NCBI GenBank assembly: GCA_049322915.1
Contig: JBMOPW010000045.1
Location: 72,206-136,205, forward strand
DNA from: Candidatus Zhuqueibacterota bacterium
Lineage (GTDB): Bacteria; Zhuqueibacterota; Zhuqueibacteria; Thermofontimicrobiales; Thermofontimicrobiaceae
Direction: 5' to 3'
DNA: 64,000 bases
The first letter of the stretch is position 1, and the number at the start of each line of letters is the position of its first letter. Position numbers and translations under genes: made by a program. The notes below the pieces were generated by a model. That model was not told the DNA's origin and did no database searches. It saw only the letters and a list, made by a program, of their open reading frames with translations. Positions 7,880 to 17,523 of this stretch are shown in pieces.

Positions 7880-8209
7880 ATGAAACGAAAGTCATTGGTT
7901 ATTAAAGATCCTGTCGTCAGCGAATACGTAAATCAATCCCGACAGCGATTAGGGGACAGATTAAAAAATATCTACCTCTTTGGATCACGCGCCCGGGGTG
8001 ATGCATGGGAAGGCTCTGATTACGATTACGCGCTGATCGTTGATGTTCGCGATCGTATTTTGGAAGATGCAATATTGGATGTTAGTACTTTGCTATTGGA
8101 TAAGTTTGAAGTGCTGGTGTCCACACAAATTTTTACCGAACAGGAGTGGGTCATTGAACATAATTTACCATTGGGCCAAAATATAATCAAAGAAGGAATC
8201 GCCCTGTAA
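7880..8209 (+). CDS. Minimal nucleotidyltransferase (MNT antitoxin)
   Basis: YLFGSRARGDAWEGSDYD (GS...DxD); stop overlaps the HEPN start. Confidence 0.9.
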   Translation: MKRKSLVIKDPVVSEYVNQSRQRLGDRLKNIYLFGSRARGDAWEGSDYDYALIVDVRDRILEDAILDVSTLLLDKFEVLVSTQIFTEQEWVIEHNLPLGQNIIKEGIAL

Positions 8210-8595
8210 TGAAAATTCCAGAAGACATTCAGGCAACGCTGGACGCTGCAGAAGAAAAGTTGCGCGCTGCAAAAGTTCTGTTAAATGCTGGACATTTTGC
8301 TGATGCTGCTTCTCGGGCTTATTATTGTGCTTTTTTTTCGATCAGCGCGGTATTGCTTTTAGAAGGCTTAACATTTTCGAGTCATGGGCAGGCAATTGGC
8401 GCGTTCAACCGGGAGTTTGTAAAGACGGGACTGTTTCCAAAACACTTTGGTCGCTGGCTTATCAAAATGCAAAATGATCGAGAAGCCGGTGATTATCGGA
8501 CGCACTCGCCGATTGGATATCAGATTGCTGCTGAGGATATTGCGATGGCAGAGGAAATTCAAAAATTGTGTCGTCAATTTCTTGAATCAGCTTAG
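8209..8595 (+). CDS. HEPN-domain protein (UPF0332-like)
   Basis: AASRAYY, SHGQAIGAF, REAGDY; coupled to MNT. Confidence 0.85.
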   Translation: MKIPEDIQATLDAAEEKLRAAKVLLNAGHFADAASRAYYCAFFSISAVLLLEGLTFSSHGQAIGAFNREFVKTGLFPKHFGRWLIKMQNDREAGDYRTHSPIGYQIAAEDIAMAEEIQKLCRQFLESA

Positions 8596-8633
8596 TTGAT
8601 TAATTAAGCCTTCAATCGAAAAAATAATCGCTT

Positions 8634-8684
8634 GTGTAGCGCTTTTATACACTGCATTGTTTCGCGTAAAGGCGAAACACTCCA
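8634..8684. repeat. REP doublet, copy 4 (left half degenerate)
   Basis: TGTTTCGCGTAAAGGCGAAACACTCCA. Confidence 0.7.
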
Positions 8685-8709
8685 CCTGGAATTTTTTGAA
8701 TGGAATGCT

Positions 8710-10188
8710 ATGTCAATTATGCTCGATGAAAAAAAGAAAACCTATCTGCTGATTTTTCTCATTACTCTGTTCCGCCTGATCTACATCAACCTTGTCCCGC
8801 TGGTGCCGCAGGAGGCGTACTACTGGAAATACGCGAAACATCCGGCGCTGAGCTATTTCGACCATCCGCCCATGGCCGCCTGGATGATTGCGCTGTTCAC
8901 CTGGATTGGCGGAGATTCCCTGTTTTTCATCAGGCTGGGGAGCGTCCTGTATTCCGCCGGACTCATGCTGCTCGTGCATCAAATCGCCTGGCGATTGTTC
9001 AGGGATGAAAAATTGGCTTTCTGGTCTGTGGCAGTCATCAACTGCACCGTGCTTTTTTCAATTGGCGCAACCGTCATCACGCCGGACGTGCCCCTGCTGT
9101 TCTTCTGGGCGCTGATGACATTCTCTCTGGTGCGGCTGATCGAATCGGACCATCCGGGCTGGTGGTACCTGGCCGGCGTCGCCCTGGGACTGGGGCTGTT
9201 GAGCAAATACTCGGCCATCCTGATTGTGCCGGGGATTTTCATCTTCCTTCTTCTCTCCCCGAAACATCGGCGCTGGCTGGCAACGGTGCATCCCTATGCG
9301 GCAGTGGTCGTGGCGCTCATCGTTTTCAGCCCGGTCGTCATCTGGAATTTCCAGCATGATTGGGCGTCGTTCATGTTTCAGTCGTCCGACCGGTTCGCTC
9401 AAATGAAGCGGCTTCGACTGGATTTCCTGTTTCAGCTCATCGGTTCCCAATTGGGCATGCTCACGCCCTACGTCTTTTTTTTGCTGGTGACCGGTTGGGC
9501 AGCGATTGGCGTTTGGAGCATCAAAGAAAAGAATCAGCCGTACAGCCTGCTGTTTTGGATTGCGCTGCCGGTCTATGCGGTTTTCACTCTCTCCAGCCTG
9601 CGAAGCCTGGTGAAGATGAACTGGCTGGCCCCGGCCTACGTCACCTCGGTGATCGCCGGACTGGTCTGGCTCAATGCAAATCGTTCCAGTATTTCGCGCT
9701 GGTTCGATAAATTATTTGTCCCGGGCATTGTCCTGGGATTGCTCATCGTCGTGTTCATGCATGTGGTGCCGATCATCCCGATTGCGCCGCTGAAGAAAGG
9801 GGACACCTGGTCCGGCTGGAAGGAACTGGGGCAGAGAATAGAAAGGCTGAAAACTGACAGGGGAGAGGATGTGTTTGTTTTCGGCCACGAATACAAAGCG
9901 CCCAGCGAAATCACCTATTACACCGCGAGCCATCTGCCCACGCACGCCGGAGAAATTTTCGGAGCCAATGGCCTGCAATACAATTACTGGACAGATACGG
10001 CGAAACTGATTGGCAGAGATGCCATCTTTGTCACCAGCGACGCCGACCGATTCACCAACTTCAAGAAATTAAATAAACATTTCGAATCCATCGCGCCGCT
10101 GGACACCCTGGAAATTGTGCATCGGAACCGCACCTATCGGGCGTTCTACTTCTACCTGTGCAGCGACTATAAAGGACCAAAACCATGA
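8710..10188 (+). CDS. ArnT/PMT_2-family (GT-C fold) membrane glycosyltransferase
   Basis: QEAYYW, SYFDHPP, TPDVPLL, LLSKY; many TM helices. Confidence 0.85.
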   Translation: MSIMLDEKKKTYLLIFLITLFRLIYINLVPLVPQEAYYWKYAKHPALSYFDHPPMAAWMIALFTWIGGDSLFFIRLGSVLYSAGLMLLVHQIAWRLFRDEKLAFWSVAVINCTVLFSIGATVITPDVPLLFFWALMTFSLVRLIESDHPGWWYLAGVALGLGLLSKYSAILIVPGIFIFLLLSPKHRRWLATVHPYAAVVVALIVFSPVVIWNFQHDWASFMFQSSDRFAQMKRLRLDFLFQLIGSQLGMLTPYVFFLLVTGWAAIGVWSIKEKNQPYSLLFWIALPVYAVFTLSSLRSLVKMNWLAPAYVTSVIAGLVWLNANRSSISRWFDKLFVPGIVLGLLIVVFMHVVPIIPIAPLKKGDTWSGWKELGQRIERLKTDRGEDVFVFGHEYKAPSEITYYTASHLPTHAGEIFGANGLQYNYWTDTAKLIGRDAIFVTSDADRFTNFKKLNKHFESIAPLDTLEIVHRNRTYRAFYFYLCSDYKGPKP

Positions 10189-10622
10189 CCATGATTTCCC
10201 ATTGCAGCCACTGGCTGAAAAAAAGGCCTGATCTCGTTCGATTCATCAAATTCGGCATTGTCGGCGGCAGCGGCGTGATTGTCAATCAGTTCTTTCTGTG
10301 GCTGTTCACCGAGAAGGTCGGATTTCATTATCTGGTGTCGAGCGTTCTGGCCATTTTTCTGGCCATGATCAGCAATTTCATCTGGAATGATTTATGGACC
10401 TGGCGGGATCGCGGAGCGCCCGGCATCAAGGCGTATTTCGTTCGACTGATCAAATTCTGCATCGTCAGTAGCATCGCCGGCTACATTGGGAATTTGGGCA
10501 TCCTGTGGATTCTGACGCACTTCTTTCACATTCATTATTTAATATCAAATCTTTTCGGAATCGCCGTTGGCACTGTTTTGAATTATTTTTTCAATAATAT
10601 CTGGACGTTCAAACGTCGCTGA
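10185..10622 (+). CDS. GtrA-family flippase-like protein
   Basis: RFIKFGIVG, NFIWNDLWTW, NYFFNNIWTF; 4 TM segments. Confidence 0.85.
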   Translation: MTMISHCSHWLKKRPDLVRFIKFGIVGGSGVIVNQFFLWLFTEKVGFHYLVSSVLAIFLAMISNFIWNDLWTWRDRGAPGIKAYFVRLIKFCIVSSIAGYIGNLGILWILTHFFHIHYLISNLFGIAVGTVLNYFFNNIWTFKRR

Positions 10623-10639
10623 GAATTTCTTTTCAGTGT

Positions 10640-10681
10640 AAAAAAAAGGCCTGAACTCATCAGAGTTACAGGCCTTTTTTT
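10640..10681. terminator. Bidirectional terminator between gtrA and nuoN
   Basis: A8-GGCCTG...CAGGCC-T run. Confidence 0.8.
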
Positions 10682-10704
10682 ATATCAACAATCGATGAGA
10701 AATT

Positions 10705-12222
10705 TCAGAAGAGCATTTCAGCCCACTGCAACGACCATCTCATCAGCGGCGCGGGAAGCACACCCAGAATTAAGACGAACAACGCGGACAGCCCTAACGA
10801 TGCCCAGACCGGGGCCAGGCCGGATGCGCCGATTTCCGTGAGTTCATTTTCAGGCTCTTTCATGTACATGACGATGAGGACATTGATGTAAAAATACAGG
10901 GCGACGAGGCTGAAGATCAGCGCGATAACCGCGGTCACGTACATTTTGCCTTCGAGAAGCTGCAGGAAGATTTGAACCTTGCCGACAAATCCGACTGCCG
11001 GCGGCAGGCCAGCCAACGAGAACATGGCAATGGTCATCATGGCTGCGGCGCCGGGATGTTTCCGCGCCACGCCCCGGAGATCGTCCAGGGTTTCGCAGTA
11101 GTGATCTTTATGGGTCAAATACACGAGCACGCCGAACGCGAGCATGTTCATGGCGATGTAGCCGATGCCGTAGAAAAGCACGGCCTGGGCGGCTTCGATT
11201 TTGTGGCTCATGGGAGCCAGCGCCAGCCCCATGTACCCGGCGTGGGCAATGGACGAATAGGCCAACATGCGCTTGACATTTTTCTGAACGATGGCGACCG
11301 AGTTGCCGTAGATGACGGTGATCAGCGCGAAAAATCCGAAAATGACAGTGAAGACGGAATCAAATGCATGGAACGAAATTTCAGCAGCGAATAATTTCAA
11401 AATCACGGCGAAGGCGGCCAGCTTCACACCCACGCTCATAAAAGCGGTGATCGGTGTGGCCGCGCCTTCGTAGACATCCGGCGTCCATGCGTGGAACGGC
11501 ACCATGGACACCTTGAAGGCCAGCCCGATGAAGAGGAAAATCAGTCCCAGCCCGGACAGGAGCGATTGAATAGTCACCTGTTCGAAGGACAGGTTTTTCA
11601 GGACATCAGTGATCACCAGACTGCCGGTCGCTCCATAGACGAAGGAAATACCCAGCAGCAGAAACCCGGACGAAAAGCCGCCTAGCAGCAGATATTTGAT
11701 AGCCGATTCCCCGGCGCGGGAATTAAATTTTTTCAGACCGACCAGGGCGTAAATGGGAAGCGACATCATTTCCAGCGCCAGAAAAAGGATGACAAAATTT
11801 TCAGCCGCAATGAGCGTCAGCGCGCCCAACAGGGAGAAAAGCAGCAGGATGTAGTAGTCCGTCGCCGGAATGACCTGGGCCAGCGTGTAGCGGGCGGACA
11901 TCAGCACTGCAAAAAGTCCGGCGCTTATGATGGCAATTTTGCCAATGTAGAGACCGCCGCCGGCGTTCAGCGAATTGTGCAGCAGAACAACCTGCTCGCC
12001 GGCCGTGCTTTTTCCATAAACGAGGAGCAGGATGGTCGCCAGGAACAGTCCGCTGCCGGCGATCCAGCTCGACTGAATGTTGCGGGAGTTGAGCCCGGGG
12101 GCGTTCCCGAACAGCGCAAAGATGGGCCGTTGCAGAGCGTCAGCGATGGTCATAATGACGATGAGCGCGATCAGACTAAATTCACCGATGAGAAAAACGG
12201 GTTGAAAAGAGATTTCGTTCAT
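10705..12222 (-). CDS. nuoN: NADH-quinone oxidoreductase subunit N
   Basis: FKVSMVPFHAWTPDVYEGA, KRMLAYSSIAHAGY; start moved to MNEISF. Confidence 0.95.
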   Translation of the reverse strand: MNEISFQPVFLIGEFSLIALIVIMTIADALQRPIFALFGNAPGLNSRNIQSSWIAGSGLFLATILLLVYGKSTAGEQVVLLHNSLNAGGGLYIGKIAIISAGLFAVLMSARYTLAQVIPATDYYILLLFSLLGALTLIAAENFVILFLALEMMSLPIYALVGLKKFNSRAGESAIKYLLLGGFSSGFLLLGISFVYGATGSLVITDVLKNLSFEQVTIQSLLSGLGLIFLFIGLAFKVSMVPFHAWTPDVYEGAATPITAFMSVGVKLAAFAVILKLFAAEISFHAFDSVFTVIFGFFALITVIYGNSVAIVQKNVKRMLAYSSIAHAGYMGLALAPMSHKIEAAQAVLFYGIGYIAMNMLAFGVLVYLTHKDHYCETLDDLRGVARKHPGAAAMMTIAMFSLAGLPPAVGFVGKVQIFLQLLEGKMYVTAVIALIFSLVALYFYINVLIVMYMKEPENELTEIGASGLAPVWASLGLSALFVLILGVLPAPLMRWSLQWAEMLF

Positions 12223-12400
12223 AAGAAGTCCAGAACTATTTAGGTGGTTAATAGAAAAGTATCGTAACTGCTCAATTTCCAGGTCAAAGGTTCCCGGTTC
12301 AGGGTTAAAAAAATATTCATTACAAAATATAAAAAACGAAATGATTCTAACCTTGAAGCCCGAACTCTGAACCAGCCAACCTGGATTGTTACAAGTATCG

Positions 12401-14023
12401 TTATTCGTGCCCGACCTGGTGTTCCGCAGGCTGTGGTTCTTCCTCGTGTTCAATTGGCTCAGCCTTTTTCACCAATTCCTGCTGCAAAATTTCAGGCTGA
12501 TACGCGGCGATATAGTGCTCGACCGAAGTGTGCATTTTATCCAGACAGGTTTTCGGGTAGAGGCCAATCCAGAATACCGCGATGATGAAGGGCAGTAAGA
12601 CAATCATTTCCCTGAAGCTCAAATCTTTCAGGTCTTTGTTCTTCTCATTTTTAAGCGGGCCGAAGAACACGCGCTGCACCATCCACAGCATGTAGTAAGC
12701 GCCAAGAATAACGCCGGATGTGGCAAAGACCATGAGAATGAGCCTGAACGTTTCGTGATTGATCGAGTAAAATGCCCACGCGCTTTTGAAGCTTCCCAAT
12801 AGGATGAGGAATTCGCCGACAAAACCATTGGTTCCCGGCAACGCCACGGATGACAGCGTGATGATCATAAAGGCGACGCTGAGCACCGGGATGCGATAGG
12901 CCAGTCCCCCAAAATCCGCAATTTCGCGGGTGTGGCGGCGTTCGTAAATCATGCCGACCAACAAGAAGAGTGCGCCGGTGGAAACGCCGTGATTGACCAT
13001 TTGCAGGATGGCGCCTTCAACCGCTTCCGGCGTCATGGCGAACAAGCCTAACATCACATAGCCCAGGTGGCTGATGGAAGAGTATGCGACCAGCTTCTTC
13101 AAATCGGATTGGGCTAAAGCCAAACACGCGCCATACACGATGCCAATCACCGCCAACAGTTGCATCAGCGGGGCTGCTTTCATGGCAGCGTCGCTGAATA
13201 GCGGAATGCCGAGCCTCACAAAACCGTACCCGCCCATTTTCAGCAAGACGCCGGCAAGTATGACGGAGCCGGCGGTCGGCGCTTCAACGTGCGCATCCGG
13301 CAGCCAAGTGTGAAACGGGAACATGGGCACTTTGATGGCGAATGCCAGCGCGAACGCAGCGAACAGCCAGAGCTGGGCTTCGGGCGAAATGTGCAGTTGC
13401 AGGATTTTGTCGAATTCGAATGTGAACGCGCCAAATTGATCTTTGGCCAGAATCGCCAGGTAAATGATGCCGGCCAGCATCATCAGAGAGCCGACGACAG
13501 TGAACAGCACAAACTTAACCGTTGCGTAAATGCGGCGCTGTCCGCCCCAGATGCCGATGAGGAAAAACATGGGGATAAGCATCAGTTCCCAGAAAATGTA
13601 AAAGATAAACAGGTTCAATGCAATGAGCGCGCCCAACATGGTCGTTTCAAGAAAGAGCAGCCAGATGTAATATTCTTTTTTTCTCTTTTGAATATATTTG
13701 TATGAGCTTAAAACTGTAAAGGGCATCATAATGGTAGTCAGCATGATGATGAGAATGGAAATTCCATCCACGCCAACGTGATAGTTCAACCCGAATTGCG
13801 GGATCCAGGCGATGTTTTCCACGAACTGGTAGCCTGCTGTTGCAGAATCAAAGCCGGCCAGCATGACGAAGGAAACGATCATGGCAATGGACGAGACAAT
13901 CAGCGCGATCCACCCGTATATTGAAGCAGCGCTCTTTTCCAGATACTCGTCTCTGCTCGGTATAAACATGATGAGGACGGCGCCGAGAGCTGGAATTAAA
14001 AGTATCCAAGATAGTATGCCCAT
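12401..14023 (-). CDS. nuoM: NADH-quinone oxidoreductase subunit M
   Basis: IKVPMFPFHTWLPDAHVEAPTAGS, LKMGGYG. Confidence 0.95.
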   Translation of the reverse strand: MGILSWILLIPALGAVLIMFIPSRDEYLEKSAASIYGWIALIVSSIAMIVSFVMLAGFDSATAGYQFVENIAWIPQFGLNYHVGVDGISILIIMLTTIMMPFTVLSSYKYIQKRKKEYYIWLLFLETTMLGALIALNLFIFYIFWELMLIPMFFLIGIWGGQRRIYATVKFVLFTVVGSLMMLAGIIYLAILAKDQFGAFTFEFDKILQLHISPEAQLWLFAAFALAFAIKVPMFPFHTWLPDAHVEAPTAGSVILAGVLLKMGGYGFVRLGIPLFSDAAMKAAPLMQLLAVIGIVYGACLALAQSDLKKLVAYSSISHLGYVMLGLFAMTPEAVEGAILQMVNHGVSTGALFLLVGMIYERRHTREIADFGGLAYRIPVLSVAFMIITLSSVALPGTNGFVGEFLILLGSFKSAWAFYSINHETFRLILMVFATSGVILGAYYMLWMVQRVFFGPLKNEKNKDLKDLSFREMIVLLPFIIAVFWIGLYPKTCLDKMHTSVEHYIAAYQPEILQQELVKKAEPIEHEEEPQPAEHQVGHE

Positions 14024-14127
14024 TAAAGACTCCAACCTTTTATAATCATTTGTTTGCGATGAGAAAATGACGCACTGTGCGGTTGTTGCCACACAGGATT
14101 TAAAATAATAACTTAATTATGTCTCCA

Positions 14128-16077
14128 TCAGAAAATATAGAGCGCAACAAATATCGCTAATGCTACTCCGAAAATCATGTAAAAACCATACACCTGAATA
14201 TTCCCGGTTTGAAGCCGGGAAAATAAATCGGACACTTTTCTCCAGCCCGAAGCAGAACCGTTGGCCGCACCGTCGATGATTCGCTTGTCGGAGATATTCA
14301 AAAACACATTGGTGGATAGCGTCTTGAGCGGCCGAACGATAATTTTATCATAGATTTCATCGACAAAATATTTATTCCAGAGAATTTTGACAACACCGGT
14401 ATACGTTGCCGGATCCGGCAAATCTTTCCTGATTTCGCGGAACAGGCTTCGGGCAAACACCCAGCCGATGATGGCGATGAGCAGCGAAAGTCCCATCAAC
14501 GAATATTCAAGCGCATGACTGTAATGCCCGACATGAACATGCCCGTATTTGGACACGGCAGGTTCGAGAAAATCATGGAAGAAATTCGGTATGACGCCCA
14601 ACGACAACAATTTCGGAATGCCAATCCAGCCGCCGACGAGAGATAGTCCGCCTAAAATCATCAATGGAACGGTCATGGTTTTGGGCGATTCGTGCAGGTG
14701 ATGTTCCTGCTCATGCGTGCCCCTGAATTTTCCGTGGAACGTGAGATACACAAGCCGGAACATGTAAAAAGATGTGCACAGCGCGGCAATGGCGCCGATG
14801 GCCCAGACGATTTTGCTGCCCTGATCTGAAGCGAAAACATTCCAGAGTATTTCATCCTTGCTGAAAAATCCGGCAAACGGAAAGATGCCGGCAATGGCCA
14901 GCGTTGCCAAAAGAAACGTGATGTATGTGGCCGGCATGTATTTTTTCAACCCGCCCATGAAACGAATGTCCTGTTCGCCGCCCATGGCGTGAATCACGCT
15001 GCCCGAGCCAAGGAACAGGCACGCTTTGAAGAAAGCGTGGGTCATCAAATGAAAGATGGCGATGACAAACGCGCCGGCCCCGGCAGCCATGAACATGAAT
15101 CCTAACTGGCTGACCGTGGAATAGGCAAGAACTTTTTTAATATCATTTTGAAATAGGGCGATTGTCGCGGAAAAGATGGCGGTTAGTGCGCCGACCCAGA
15201 GAACGACATTCATGGCCACCGGAGCGACGAGGAATAGACCGTGAAATCGCGCTACCATATACACGCCGGCAGTCACCATGGTTGCAGCGTGAATGAGCGC
15301 CGAGACAGGCGTGGGACCGGCCATGGCGTCCGGAAGCCACACGTACAGCGGAATCTGCGCGGATTTACCCGTAGCGCCGATGAAGAGACAAATGGCCGCC
15401 ACATTGGTCCAGAAGAAAGTCATGGAATTGTGATGGTGAAAGAATTGGTTCACTTCAGCAATGGTCAGCGAGCCGACGTTGGCGAAAATCAGGAACATGC
15501 CCAGCAGGAATCCGAAGTCGCCGATTCGGTTGACGATGAACGCCTTTTTCCCGGCAATGGCCTTCTCTTCTTCTTTGTACCAGAAACCGATGAGCAGGTA
15601 GCTGCACAGACCAACGCCTTCCCATCCGACAAACATGACCGGCATGGAGTCGCCCAAAATCAGGATGAGCATTGCAAATACGAAGAGATTCAAATAGGTG
15701 AAGCATCGCAGGCTGGATTCATCGCCGTGAATGTAGCCAATGGAATAAAAATGAATCACTGCACTGACGCCGGTCACCGTCAGCAGCATCACAGCGGAGA
15801 GGTGGTCGATGACAAAAGTCAGGCTGACGGCGAGTCCGCCGGAGATGACCCATTGGTACGGCGTGCAGGAAATCGATTCTAACCCGGCCATTTTCACGAA
15901 CACTGCATAGACAGACAGAATAAATGAAGCAGCCACCATGGTGAACGCCAGGTACCCGGCGAACTTTTCTCCCCAGACCTCTTTTTTGCGGAATGCATTG
16001 ACAGCAGTGACCGTGCCGTTCAGCACAGCTCCGATGATTGGTAATAGAATGATGATTAATATCAGGCTGTTCTCCAT
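14128..16077 (-). CDS. nuoL: NADH-quinone oxidoreductase subunit L
   Basis: GKSAQIPLYVWLPDAMAGPTPVSALIHAATMV. Confidence 0.97.
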   Translation of the reverse strand: MENSLILIIILLPIIGAVLNGTVTAVNAFRKKEVWGEKFAGYLAFTMVAASFILSVYAVFVKMAGLESISCTPYQWVISGGLAVSLTFVIDHLSAVMLLTVTGVSAVIHFYSIGYIHGDESSLRCFTYLNLFVFAMLILILGDSMPVMFVGWEGVGLCSYLLIGFWYKEEEKAIAGKKAFIVNRIGDFGFLLGMFLIFANVGSLTIAEVNQFFHHHNSMTFFWTNVAAICLFIGATGKSAQIPLYVWLPDAMAGPTPVSALIHAATMVTAGVYMVARFHGLFLVAPVAMNVVLWVGALTAIFSATIALFQNDIKKVLAYSTVSQLGFMFMAAGAGAFVIAIFHLMTHAFFKACLFLGSGSVIHAMGGEQDIRFMGGLKKYMPATYITFLLATLAIAGIFPFAGFFSKDEILWNVFASDQGSKIVWAIGAIAALCTSFYMFRLVYLTFHGKFRGTHEQEHHLHESPKTMTVPLMILGGLSLVGGWIGIPKLLSLGVIPNFFHDFLEPAVSKYGHVHVGHYSHALEYSLMGLSLLIAIIGWVFARSLFREIRKDLPDPATYTGVVKILWNKYFVDEIYDKIIVRPLKTLSTNVFLNISDKRIIDGAANGSASGWRKVSDLFSRLQTGNIQVYGFYMIFGVALAIFVALYIF

Positions 16078-16083
16078 AACCCG

Positions 16084-16416
16084 TTAGCCCCTTTCTTCGG
16101 AATATGTTTCCACGCCAATTGTGCCGGTTCGCTTAAAAAGCTGGACGATGATGGCAATGCCAATTGCGACTTCACACGCAGCGACCACAAAAATCATGAG
16201 CGATAAAATTTGTCCATCCAGATTTTGATGGATTCGCGAAAAATAGATCAGGCTCAAATTCACGGCATTGAGGATGAGCTCCACGCCCATCAGCATGTGA
16301 AGCAGCGTCCGTCGGAAGATGAACGTCAGCGTACCAATTGCAAAAAGCGCCATGACAACCGCGAGAGAAAAAATCCCTCCTGTTCCTAAAATGAAATCGT
16401 TAAGAGGATTATTCAT
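16084..16416 (-). CDS. nuoK: NADH-quinone oxidoreductase subunit K
   Basis: GVELILNAVNL, AACEVAIG. Confidence 0.93.
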   Translation of the reverse strand: MNNPLNDFILGTGGIFSLAVVMALFAIGTLTFIFRRTLLHMLMGVELILNAVNLSLIYFSRIHQNLDGQILSLMIFVVAACEVAIGIAIIVQLFKRTGTIGVETYSEERG

Positions 16417-16960
16417 TCTTACGACCTTTCCAATCCAATTGAACAATTGAAATGACTGCAACAATCGCCGCGAAAAGCACGGTTGAAACATATTCGAAGG
16501 CAAAGACATATTTCGTCAGCAGTGTGCTGGAGAATAACCAAATACTGCCAATGTCTTTGGGCGTCGCGGATGAGTCAGCAGCCGCGTTCAGTGCAGCAAA
16601 TGGCTGAGGCTGGCCGCTGACAGCGGCGTAGAGTTTGTAAATGAACAGGGCGACCAGCGCCGCAATGACCGGTCCGCCGATCCAGAAAAGCTTTGAATAG
16701 GATTGCAGATAGTCTTCGCTTTTCACATCGAGGAGCATGATGAAGTAAATGATGAGTACCATCACCGCGCCGGCGTAGATGATGACCTGAAACGCAGCAA
16801 TGCTGTGAGCCTGAAGAATGGCGTACATTCCGGCCAGCGCCAGCATCGAGGCCAACAGCCCCAGCGCGCTGCGAATGGGGTGCCGGGCAAAGAGCATCAC
16901 AACTCCACCGGCGATTGCAGTGATCCCAAAAACATAATACATCAGGATGTTGAAATCCAT
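16409..16960 (-). CDS. nuoJ: NADH-quinone oxidoreductase subunit J
   Basis: QVIIYAGAVMVL, FEYVS. Confidence 0.93.
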   Translation of the reverse strand: MDFNILMYYVFGITAIAGGVVMLFARHPIRSALGLLASMLALAGMYAILQAHSIAAFQVIIYAGAVMVLIIYFIMLLDVKSEDYLQSYSKLFWIGGPVIAALVALFIYKLYAAVSGQPQPFAALNAAADSSATPKDIGSIWLFSSTLLTKYVFAFEYVSTVLFAAIVAVISIVQLDWKGRKNE

Positions 16961-17001
16961 TTATGTTTCCTTTGAATAAATGATAATAGATGAATCGGTC
17001 T

Positions 17002-17316
17002 TTATGTCAAGTCCCATGGTTCTCGTTTCCTTTTCTTTTGAATATCCATGGCACCGTGGATGATTGCGACAATTTTTACGGCTTCATTCTGAAGTAAATA
17101 TACAATTCTATATTGGTGAAAGAAGATTTCTCTCAGGTTTTCATTTTCAAACTCAGGAACAATTCTTCCGCACGTAGGAAACGTTCTGATTTTTTCAATG
17201 GAATCGATTAGCTTATCAATAAAAATTATCGAGTAGAAGGGCGAACCTTTGCTAATATATGAATCAATTTCTTGCAGGTGATCCTTAGCTAACTCCGACC
17301 AGATGATTTCCGCCAT
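17002..17316 (-). CDS. RelE/ParE-family toxin
   Basis: IIWSELAKDHLQEI...FPTCGRIVPE...YRIVY...IVAIIHG. Confidence 0.88.
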   Translation of the reverse strand: MAEIIWSELAKDHLQEIDSYISKGSPFYSIIFIDKLIDSIEKIRTFPTCGRIVPEFENENLREIFFHQYRIVYLLQNEAVKIVAIIHGAMDIQKKRKREPWDLT

Positions 17317-17489
17317 CGTGATACCATATCTTTAATCTGGTGATGCGTGTATGTCCTGCCGGCTTCAATATCTTTCAACCCTTGATCTACTTGCTGTTTG
17401 AAATACAATTCAGCAATTATATCATCGAATGAGGAATCATCCGGCATTTTATTGATGAGGTGTAAAGCTTCTTCTTTTGGTCGTTTCAT
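17289..17489 (-). CDS. Putative antitoxin of the RelE/ParE pair
   Basis: 66-aa ORF overlapping the toxin start; 'LINKMPDDSSFDDI...GLKDIEAGRTYTH'. Confidence 0.75.
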   Translation of the reverse strand: MKRPKEEALHLINKMPDDSSFDDIIAELYFKQQVDQGLKDIEAGRTYTHHQIKDMVSRWRKSSGRS

Positions 17490-17523
17490 TTGATTTTTTT
17501 TCAAAGACAATAGTCGTTTAAAA

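Noticed and set aside
6845..8684. REP doublets as CRISPR repeats
   Set aside because: Irregular spacing, inverted pairs and an adjacent RAYT fit REPs
10705..16077. Mrp antiporter or a complex I with an extra M subunit
   Set aside because: Exactly one each of L, M and N within a complete nuoA-N order
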